Source: an uncultured Ignavibacteriales bacterium (GTDB taxonomy: Bacteria; Bacteroidota; Ignavibacteria; Tepidaquicellales; OLB5). Taken from it: a DNA stretch of 60,396 nucleotides. Both the position numbers and the translations under genes were made by a program. This document shows, piece by piece, positions 47,659-56,051 of this stretch. A model generated the notes under the pieces. The model made no database searches. It was not told the origin of the DNA and saw only the letters and a program-made list of their open reading frames with translations. Positions within the stretch are counted from its first letter, which is position 1. The number at the start of each line of letters is the position of its first letter. The stretch is from positions 1 to 60,396 of the forward strand of contig CAZMRG010000002.1 of assembly GCA_964568655.1 (NCBI GenBank), read 5' to 3'.

Positions 47659-47736
47659 ATCCTACTCTTACATATATTAAAACAATTATTTTATCAATCC
47701 CGTTATCACCGGGATTTCAAAAGCAATCCTCCCTGA

Positions 47737-49488
47737 TCACTTTATCAAAACCATTTTCTTAGTGTTGACAAAATCGCCGGCTTGAAGCCTGAAGAAATAA
47801 ATCCCGCTGGAAAAATCAGAGCCGTTCCAATCCGTTTCATAACTTCCGGGCTTCATTGAATAATCAATGAGAGTTGTAACAACCTGTCCTATAGCATCGT
47901 ATATAACAAGCTTAACATTTTGTTCATGCGTTCCCGCTACATCAAATTTAATTTTTGTAGATGGATTAAACGGGTTAGGATAATTTTGATATAAATTATA
48001 TTTGATCGGAATATTGCCTGAAATTGTCTGCAGCCCGTTTACGCTGGTGCACAACCCATTGTAATAAGCCTGTTTCAGCAGATCAGAACTTGATAAAACT
48101 TCGCATACGCTTTGGAAATTATTAGAGCCTCTTCCGATAATAAAAGCAGCGGCTATTGTTTGTGTATCGCCTGAATTCATATAAAACGGACCTGTTGATT
48201 GCAGGTATCGCCTGTCAGATGAAATGCTATCATACCAACCGGTTCTATGACATGCATCCCCCGGATAATCATAAGTGGTGATTTGGTTTGTGATTGGATT
48301 CCTGAACGGAATTCCGCAAGGATTTAATCCTTTCAGTGAGTTATAGCCATTATCAATAAATCCCTGTATCGGCCAGCATGCCGTATTAGCTATGTTTTCA
48401 AAGATCATAGATGCATTCATCCCAATCATTTTATATCCAATGTAAGTCCGGTATGGAAGATGTACAGTATCAGAACTATTACCGGTATATACAAGCGGCC
48501 CCTGAAGAAACCTTGTACCGAGAGCCGGCGGATTGGCTCCATATTGGTTATCATTGTTATCAGCGTTATATATAAATGAAATATCCCGTGTCGTATCACA
48601 TCCTGCAGCATCGTCTGTGGCATCTCCAATATCAACGTCATTTGCAATTCCAAAATAGACGCTATCCCACAAGTAAGCGCTCTTATTTAGGATTTTCCAT
48701 CTGACAAAATAAGAATCTTCGAAACCCTGACAATTGTATGCATAAGCCAGCTGCTGCACTTCTACTCCCATTGGAAATGTACCGCCCGGCAATGATATTT
48801 CATGATTATGAATATTATTTGTGCAGCTGGAATAATCCATATAAGTCATAAAACAGATTTCAGCCGGCCTTGAATCGCCGAAACCAACACCCGGTCTGTC
48901 ACCGTCCCACCCCGGCTGGTAACCCGGGACGCCGTTCACTTCAACATATGGAGCGCCTTTATCGACGGGCCATGTGGACCATGCATCGTAATTTACGGCA
49001 TATGTATGGCCGCCGGCTACTCTATTTCTAACTCCGCCATTTACCAATGATTGGTCTATTAAGTTTACTAGAAATCCTTTCCATGAGGGGTCGTCGCAAA
49101 CAGACTGAGGAGGGACCTGGCCAATCACGGGAATATTACCCGGTGTAAAAATAGAATTGTACAAACATGAAGCCGTTCTGATATCAGATTGGCCGCCCGA
49201 AAGTTCAACTTTAGCCCCTATCCATATCCCTGTTGCAAAATCAGCTGACAATCTGGTTGAAGATGTTCCGGGCCAGATCAAACCCGAGATTGAACCGGTA
49301 TAAGTAATTTTATCGTAGTTTAAAATACCATCGCTTCTCAGGCATGTATTAATGTTATTACCATAGAGAAAGATATTGGAAACCGGAGCCGGAGATTTAT
49401 ATTGATTTATGTCTGATGAAAATATATTGTAATATAAACCGCTTAACAATAACATTGCAGAGATGAAGTACAAACTAATTTTTTTCAT
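47737..49488 (-). CDS. Uncharacterised Cys-rich T9SS cargo protein, paralogue A (intact, 583 aa).
   Basis: Signal peptide, the conserved acidic box DVDIGDATDDAAGCD, many conserved Cys, and a C-terminal QNYPNPFNPST...GIYFFRL...KKMVLIK. Confidence 0.75.
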   Translation of the reverse strand: MKKISLYFISAMLLLSGLYYNIFSSDINQYKSPAPVSNIFLYGNNINTCLRSDGILNYDKITYTGSISGLIWPGTSSTRLSADFATGIWIGAKVELSGGQSDIRTASCLYNSIFTPGNIPVIGQVPPQSVCDDPSWKGFLVNLIDQSLVNGGVRNRVAGGHTYAVNYDAWSTWPVDKGAPYVEVNGVPGYQPGWDGDRPGVGFGDSRPAEICFMTYMDYSSCTNNIHNHEISLPGGTFPMGVEVQQLAYAYNCQGFEDSYFVRWKILNKSAYLWDSVYFGIANDVDIGDATDDAAGCDTTRDISFIYNADNNDNQYGANPPALGTRFLQGPLVYTGNSSDTVHLPYRTYIGYKMIGMNASMIFENIANTACWPIQGFIDNGYNSLKGLNPCGIPFRNPITNQITTYDYPGDACHRTGWYDSISSDRRYLQSTGPFYMNSGDTQTIAAAFIIGRGSNNFQSVCEVLSSSDLLKQAYYNGLCTSVNGLQTISGNIPIKYNLYQNYPNPFNPSTKIKFDVAGTHEQNVKLVIYDAIGQVVTTLIDYSMKPGSYETDWNGSDFSSGIYFFRLQAGDFVNTKKMVLIK

Positions 49489-49519
49489 AATTCCAGGACT
49501 TTAGTTTTATTCATTAACG

Positions 49520-49568
49520 TTTTTTTAAGAAAAAACTTAAGCTCTCTCTTTTAAATCGGGAGAGCTTA
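49520..49568 (-). terminator. Intrinsic terminator between paralogues B and A.
   Basis: TTAAGCTCTC...GAGAGCTTAA hairpin followed on the minus strand by a T-rich run. Confidence 0.55.
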
Positions 49569-49584
49569 AAAGACAGATAAGAGT

Positions 49585-51321
49585 TTATTTAATCATTACC
49601 ATTTTTTTTGTGCTGATAAAACTCCCCGCTTCAAGCCTGAAGAAATATATTCCGCTTGAGAAATCAGAGCCGTTCCAATCCGTTTCATAACTTCCGGGTT
49701 TCATTTCATAATCAATAAGAGTTGTAACTACTCTTCCTATCGCATCGTATATTACAAGCTTAACATTTTGTTCTGTTGAACCTGCTAAATCAAATTTGAT
49801 CTTTGTGTTCGGATTAAACGGATTAGGATAGTTTTGAAAAAGCTCATATTTTTCCGGAACTAAATCTGATATTGGCTTTATGCCAATTATGCTTGAACAC
49901 AGTCCGCTGTAATATGCGTTTTTGATAGCGTCTGATTCCGTTAACAACTGGCAAACGCTTTGATTATTTGTAGTGCTTCTCCCTATAACAAATGCCATTA
50001 CAATTGTCTGCGTATCTCCCGGGTTCATTGTTAACGGGCCGGCAGACTGTATAGTACGCCTGTCGTTCGGCAAAGAATCATACCAGCCGATCTTATTGCA
50101 TGCGTCGCCGGAGAATTCAAATTTTGTGACATGCCCGGTTATAGGATTTATTCTGTTGTGTCCGCAGCCATCCAGGCCCAATAAATAGTTATATCCGGCT
50201 ATTGCATTATCAGGGTCGCCGAAACACGGGTCGCTAACATTCTGGAAAACATTTTCAGCATATAGTTTCTCCATCCTGTATCCAATGTAAGTGCGGTAAG
50301 GGAGTTTTACGGTATCTGAATTATTTCCCGTATATACAATAGGTCCCTGTATTAACCTGGAGCCTATTGCCGGGGGCGCCACTCCATATATAAGATCGTT
50401 ATTATCCTGGTTATATATAAATGCCATGTCACGCGCTGAATCGCAACCGGCGGCGTCATCTGATGCGTCCCCGATATCTGCGTCATTAGACACGCCTATT
50501 ATTGTGCTATCCCACACGGTAGCGCTCTTGTTTATTATTTTCCAGCTTATGAAATATGACTTTTCGTAACCGGGGCAATTAAAGATGTATGCAATCTGCT
50601 GCACCTCTACTCCCATCGGTTTTGTACCGCCCGGCAAAGACATTTCCTGCAGATGTATGCTATCGGTGCAATGAGTGTAATCCATATATGTCATAAAGCA
50701 TATTTCAGAGGGCCTGACCGTTCCAAATCCTACTCCCGGCCTATCGGCAAACCATCCGGGCTGGTAACCGTCAACGCCGTTAACTTCAACATAAGGAGCC
50801 CCTTTGGAAACAGGCCATGAAGCCCATGAATCATATGTTACTGTAAATAATTGTCCGCCAACCACCCTGCTTCACACGCCGCCGTTTATCAAAGAACGGT
50901 CTATAAGATTTACTACATATGGTTTCAAAGTAGGGTCATCGCAGACCGATTGCGGAGGCACCTGCCCTATTACAGGAATGTTTCCGGCAGTGAACAAAGA
51001 ATTATAAAGAGCCGCGGCTGTTCTAAGTTCCTTTTGTCCTCCGGGCAAAATAACTTTTGCGCCGAGCCATAAGCCTGAAGAAAAATCAATTGCCATACGA
51101 GTTGTATTTGCCGAAGCAGGCCAGATCAGATTTGTTTGATTCAGATAACCGTTAAATATGCCATTTGTCATAAACGGTATTTGCATATTGTTACCATATA
51201 GAGAGATAGTTTGAACGGATGGATGCATTATCAAAGGACTGTGATTATTGGGGATGTCTGCTTTAAGGGAAGATGTTACCAGTAATGTTGTCAGGATGAA
51301 GTAAAAACTAATTTTTTTCAT
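49585..51321 (-). pseudogene. T9SS cargo paralogue B, interrupted by a single in-frame TGA (50872-50874).
   Basis: Track ORFs 50872-51321 and 49585-50865 are in the same frame and align end-to-end with paralogue A (…LINGGV-TGA-SRVVGG… against …LVNGGVRNRVAGG…). Confidence 0.75.
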
Positions 51322-51671
51322 AATTCCAGGACTTTAGTTCTTGAGACTTCTGTTTTATTTACGATGTAAAAATAACTATTGCATTTCGGTTTGACAAAGA
51401 TTTTTTAGTGTGTTTGTAATTCGTTAATTTAACATTGATTTCGAAGGCTGCTTTTAAAAAAACCTCATTTCTTTCTCATTTTGATGATTTCTCAAATCAA
51501 CCCAAAGACTCAAATTTCAGTTTGTTAAATAGAATAAGCGCCAATAATTACCCTAAAATAGCTCGTAAATTACGATTTTGTTATCAGAAATCGCAATTGT
51601 TAAAACAAACTTGAAATCGAAATCAAATATTCAACCAACGGGATTGTATCATCCGCATTACGGAACTCGCA

Positions 51672-51709
51672 AGAAAGAAACAAAAGGCAGCCCGGTGACG
51701 GCTGCCTTT
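51672..51709 (-). terminator. Intrinsic terminator closing the 3' unit of the orphan sorting-domain gene.
   Basis: GGCAGCC-loop-GGCTGCC followed on the minus strand by TTTTGTTTCTTT. Confidence 0.65.
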
Positions 51710-51761
51710 GCAGTGTAAAAGGAGGAATTTGAAACATGGGTGAAATTTAAAAAGCACAAAC

Positions 51762-51833
51762 CGCCGCCTGGTTTCTCGTATAACCCTCTTCCCTAGCCCT
51801 GAAAAGAAGTAGTTATAACAGGCAGCGGCAGCG
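51762..51833 (-). ncRNA. Conserved structured 3' element, copy B.
   Basis: Matches 47587-47658. In the second helix, U-A in this copy corresponds to U-G in copy A. Confidence 0.35.
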
Positions 51834-51834
51834 C

Positions 51835-52260
51835 TTAAACTTGTGGGCTATTAAATTCTTTTATTTTAATAAAACCATTTTTTTTTGTGCTCACAAACGT
51901 TCCGGCTTCCAACCGGTAGAAATAAACTCCGCTCGGGAAATTAATACTATCCCAATCCGTTTCATAACTTCCGGGTTTCAGTTCCGAATCAATAAGGGTC
52001 GAGACCCCTCGTCCAAGTGCGTCGTATATAACCAGCCGTACCTGCCGGCCTCCGGTTCCGGAGGTACCTGCCGGTATATCAAACTTAATCTTAGTCGTCG
52101 GATTAAACGGATTAGGATAGTTTTGGAACAAATTCCGGATATGATAATCAATTTTCATTGAACCGGTCCCTGTCAATAAAATCCAATACCTGTTATCAAA
52201 CTCTGATAAAGAGGCGCTCTGGGACTGATTTATTATGTATTGCGAACCATTTCTATTCAT
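51835..52260 (-). pseudogene. Remnant of the same cargo family: an orphan T9SS C-terminal domain with a frameshifted tail.
   Basis: 141 aa with no signal peptide and only about 45 aa before QNYPNPFNPTT. At the T9 run (51878-51886) the tail reads TKKNGFIK…, where the family consensus is TKKMVLLK-stop. Confidence 0.6.
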
Positions 52261-52503
52261 TTTAATCAGGACTAAATTTTTCTTGTTCCCGGTTCTTCAA
52301 TATAAAAATAGCGCTTCACCAAGGGCTATGCAAAGATTTTTTTATAGATTTGTGAATATTAATAAGCAATATTTGTGTATGTGTCGAATCAGATACTAAC
52401 GTAAAACACGCAAATTTTCTTTGAATTCGACAAAAAGGAAAAAAACACGCAAGACAGAAAATCCAATTTGTTAAGAATATTTGCCCTCAAAATTAATTGA
52501 AAA

Positions 52504-53937
52504 ATGAAGGAATCTAAGATAACTGAGCTCATCCGCGGGTTAACTCAGTCAGAATTCAGGAAATTCGGAGAGTTCCTTAATTCTCCATTTCACAACAAGA
52601 GCCACATGTTGATTACGTTCTATAATCTTATCGACAGACAATTTGAAAATCTGGATTCAAATACGGTCTCTGTAAAAAACATTGCTCTTAAGCTTTTTGA
52701 AGGCGAGAAGAATAAGGACCAGAACGTAAGAACGCTTCTCAGCTCATTCACAAAAATTCTTGAAAAGTTTTTAATATACGGCGAGTATGAAAAATATCCG
52801 ACGCAGCAAAAAATAGCGCTTATCAAAGCGCTAGAGGTAAGGAATATTAATAAAAGTTTCGAAGCCGCATTGAAAGAAATTGATGAAAATCTGCGCATTG
52901 AGTTTAACCGCAACGCCGATTACTATTACGACTTGCTCACATTCAAAGAAATCGAGCTTAATTATGAAGGCGTAGATTTTGAACTGAATCTCGACAGGAA
53001 GTATTTTGAAATGGCGGACTTTGCCGATAACATGTTTATTGTCACTAAACTAAAAGTGATAAACACAATGCTGAGCCGCAAGCTGCACTCATTCCAGGAA
53101 GTGCAGGATAAATTCTGGGCCTTCGACAAAATGCTATCGTACATAGAAAAGAATGCCGATGTTATACAGAAGGACCACCCAACAGTTTACTCTGAATATA
53201 AGATCCTTATGATGGTCCTGAAGCCGGAAATAGAATCTCATTTCAGGGACCTTGAAAAGCACGTGTATTTCAACATTAAGAAATATAATAAAGAAGAACT
53301 TCTTCAGGTATATTATTCTCTCACTAATTACTGCATAAACCGCTTTGCGATCGGCGAAACAAAATTCCAGAGCAGCATGATGAAAATTTACAGCGAATTT
53401 GAAAAGAATGATTTCTATAAAGATTTCAAGAACATGCAGTATTATGACTTCCTTAACGTGATCCTTTGCGCTATCGATTTTAAAGACCTGCAATGGGCTG
53501 AGTATTTTTATGAAACGTATAAAGGGAACCTGTCGCATGAAATTAAGCGCGATACTACGAACCTTGCAAAAGGGCTCCTGCTTTTTGCAGAAAGAAAATA
53601 TAAAGATAGCATTGACTTCCTTTCAAAGGTCAGCTACAAGAACACTCATTCCTATCTGAAGATAAAAGAAACGCTCATAAAGATCTATTACGAGCAAAAA
53701 CACTTCGATACCATTGAAGCTACAATAGACGCTGTAATACATTATTTGAAGAGACACCAGGAGACCCTGAATGTGCATTACAACAGGTATATGCTGTTCC
53801 TGCAATCAGTGAAGAGAATTATTATGATCAACGTGAAGGACAAGACGGAAATAAAACTATTTATGAAGGACCTCGATAAGACAAGAGATATGATCGGCAG
53901 AGACTGGCTTATTGAAAAATTGATCGAAATGAAATAA
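52504..53937 (+). CDS. Hypothetical all-alpha (TPR-like) cytoplasmic protein, 477 aa.
   Basis: Long uninterrupted ORF, K/E/Y/F-rich and helix-dominated by eye. No TM segment or signal peptide, and no family recognised. Confidence 0.6.
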   Translation: MKESKITELIRGLTQSEFRKFGEFLNSPFHNKSHMLITFYNLIDRQFENLDSNTVSVKNIALKLFEGEKNKDQNVRTLLSSFTKILEKFLIYGEYEKYPTQQKIALIKALEVRNINKSFEAALKEIDENLRIEFNRNADYYYDLLTFKEIELNYEGVDFELNLDRKYFEMADFADNMFIVTKLKVINTMLSRKLHSFQEVQDKFWAFDKMLSYIEKNADVIQKDHPTVYSEYKILMMVLKPEIESHFRDLEKHVYFNIKKYNKEELLQVYYSLTNYCINRFAIGETKFQSSMMKIYSEFEKNDFYKDFKNMQYYDFLNVILCAIDFKDLQWAEYFYETYKGNLSHEIKRDTTNLAKGLLLFAERKYKDSIDFLSKVSYKNTHSYLKIKETLIKIYYEQKHFDTIEATIDAVIHYLKRHQETLNVHYNRYMLFLQSVKRIIMINVKDKTEIKLFMKDLDKTRDMIGRDWLIEKLIEMK

Positions 53938-53945
53938 TTGCCGGT

Positions 53946-54869
53946 TTAAGACCCGAACGATGAGTTAATTTTATTCCCTTTTAAAAATTCACCGGCTGTC
54001 GTTCTTCTCTTTCCTTCAATTTGCAATTCCTTTATCTCCAACTCCCCACTGCCGGTAGAAGCGTATATATTTTTCCCAATAACGGATAGCGAGCCCGGCA
54101 TAGTTGATTGATTCTCTGATAAAGCTGTCTTGAATATCTTGAAAATCTTTCCATCCAGAATTGTAAATGCTCCGGGATATGGAGAGAGTCCCCTGACCAA
54201 ATTATGAATTTCTACAGCAGACTTTTTCCAGTCTATTTTGCAATTTTCTTTAAATATCTTTGGAGCGTCTGAAGCGCTGCTTTCATCCTGTTTAAATACC
54301 GGGACTTTTCCGCTTGATTCCTCAATAAGATCTACCGTTGATAGCACAGCCTCCGCTCCAAGAAGCGACAGCTTATCATGCAGGGAGCCGGCATTATCAT
54401 CAGGCTCGATCGGGCATTTATTCTGCTCAATAACATTTCCTACATCAACTTTATCCTGTAAAAAGAAAGTTGTGACTCCCGTTTCGGTATCCCCGTTTAT
54501 CAAAGCCCAGTTTATCGGCGCAGCGCCCCTGTATTTAGGCAACAGCGATGAATGCAGGTTTATTGAGCCATACTTAGGTATTGAATAAACTTCTTTGGGC
54601 AATATTCTGAATGCAACAACAACTATCAGATCAGGCAAAATTGATCTAATCTCACTGATGAAACTTTCTTCTTTCAATTTGATTGGCTGCAGTAATTTCA
54701 GCCCTTGCTTCAGCGCAAAAATTTTAACACGGCTTTCGCTTAATTTAAGTCCCCTGCCTTTCGGCTTATCAGGCACAGTAACAACAGCTGAAACTTTATG
54801 ATTTGAATTGAGAAGGGCTTCAAGCGAAGGAATTGCGAAATCCGGAGTTCCCATGAAAATAATATTCAT
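53946..54869 (-). CDS. fmt: Methionyl-tRNA formyltransferase.
   Basis: IIFMGTPDFA start and HSSLLPKYRGAAPINWA motif. Lies downstream of def. Confidence 0.95.
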   Translation of the reverse strand: MNIIFMGTPDFAIPSLEALLNSNHKVSAVVTVPDKPKGRGLKLSESRVKIFALKQGLKLLQPIKLKEESFISEIRSILPDLIVVVAFRILPKEVYSIPKYGSINLHSSLLPKYRGAAPINWALINGDTETGVTTFFLQDKVDVGNVIEQNKCPIEPDDNAGSLHDKLSLLGAEAVLSTVDLIEESSGKVPVFKQDESSASDAPKIFKENCKIDWKKSAVEIHNLVRGLSPYPGAFTILDGKIFKIFKTALSENQSTMPGSLSVIGKNIYASTGSGELEIKELQIEGKRRTTAGEFLKGNKINSSFGS

Positions 54870-54871
54870 GG

Positions 54872-55462
54872 TCAGCTTCCGGAATATATTTTTCTTTTGT
54901 CTATTGCTTTATCTTTCTTTGCAATATCGGCAAGAAGATAATCAGCCATTACTAATCCCTTTTTTATATGGCTCAGGTCCTGCTTGATCCTGCTCTTGGT
55001 TTCTTTTGAGAGATGGTCGATAAATAATTTGCCGTTCAAATGGTCAATTTCATGCTGCGCAACGCGTGAAATGTATGAGCTGAGTTCAATATATTTTTTG
55101 TTCAGGTCAAGATCCTGGTATTCTATATAAACTTCTTCCGGCCTGGTTACAGATTCCCTGATATGCGGAATACTGAGGCACCCTTCCTCAATTGTAGTTT
55201 CTCCGTAACTATCAGTAATCTTAGGGTTAAGCAGCACTAATGGGTCGTTCTTTTCCTGTCCTTCAATATGAGAAATATCTATGACTGTTAAGCTTATATC
55301 AAGCCCAATCTGCGGGGCGGCTAATCCAATCCCGTTAGCTTTATGCATAGTGTTGAACATATTCCGCACCAGGTCGATCAGTTTGTCGTCCACTTTCGTG
55401 ATCTTCCTTGTCTTTTTTCTCAGTACTTCAAAACCGTATGTGTAGATTGGGAGCGTTTTCAA
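54872..55462 (-). CDS. def: Peptide deformylase.
   Basis: GIGLAAPQIG, EGCLSIP and QHEIDHLNG motifs. TTG start. Confidence 0.95.
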   Translation of the reverse strand: MKTLPIYTYGFEVLRKKTRKITKVDDKLIDLVRNMFNTMHKANGIGLAAPQIGLDISLTVIDISHIEGQEKNDPLVLLNPKITDSYGETTIEEGCLSIPHIRESVTRPEEVYIEYQDLDLNKKYIELSSYISRVAQHEIDHLNGKLFIDHLSKETKSRIKQDLSHIKKGLVMADYLLADIAKKDKAIDKRKIYSGS

Positions 55463-55591
55463 ATAAGCTAATGTAATTTGAACAAAGATATTTCAACTAA
55501 CTTGTAAAATCAATTTCATTAATTATAACATTAATTGACACTTAAACATCACGAATTTGACAAAATATGTTCATATATTTGAAAATTATAT

Positions 55592-56050
55592 ATGGAAAAT
55601 GATAAGAAAAGCGCTATTTCAAGAAGAGATTTTATAACCCGGCTATGGGGTTTTGTGGTAGCTATGCCATTTTTGTATGGCGCTTTGAAATTCATTAGCC
55701 CTCCGCAAAAACGTTTTACTACAACAGCTCAAAAACTACACGGCTCCAATGGATCGTCTGCAAATTTTTCAATTGATCTTCTGCCGGTAAATTCTTCAAA
55801 ACTGCTTAACTTAGATGGCGAACCGGTCATAGTTGTCCGGAAATCCGAAAAGGAAATAGCGGCATTCAGCGCTGTTTGCACTCATTTAAACTGTGTGGTA
55901 GGATACAGAAATGAAAATAAAGATATTTACTGCGCCTGCCACGGCGGGAGATATGATTTGAACGGCAATGTAATAGATGGCCCTCCAAAAGCGCCGCTTT
56001 CAAAGTATAAAGTTTCTGTTGAAAATAATAAATTTACTGTATCTAAATAA
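55592..56050 (+). CDS. Rieske [2Fe-2S] protein of a cytochrome b-type complex.
   Basis: Twin-arginine-like SRRDFI, CTHLNCVV and CACHGGRYD cluster boxes. Confidence 0.9.
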   Translation: MENDKKSAISRRDFITRLWGFVVAMPFLYGALKFISPPQKRFTTTAQKLHGSNGSSANFSIDLLPVNSSKLLNLDGEPVIVVRKSEKEIAAFSAVCTHLNCVVGYRNENKDIYCACHGGRYDLNGNVIDGPPKAPLSKYKVSVENNKFTVSK

Positions 56051-56051
56051 G

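Noticed and set aside
50872-50874. Reassigned stop codons (TGA or TAA read as sense, genetic code 4/25-like) as an explanation for the in-frame stops at 50872 and 6353.
   Set aside because: TGA clearly terminates other well-defined genes here: cargo gene A, the HAD hydrolase and both ATGA-overlapped lipoprotein genes. TAA terminates many others, including cydA and sucC. No SECIS-like context was evident either.
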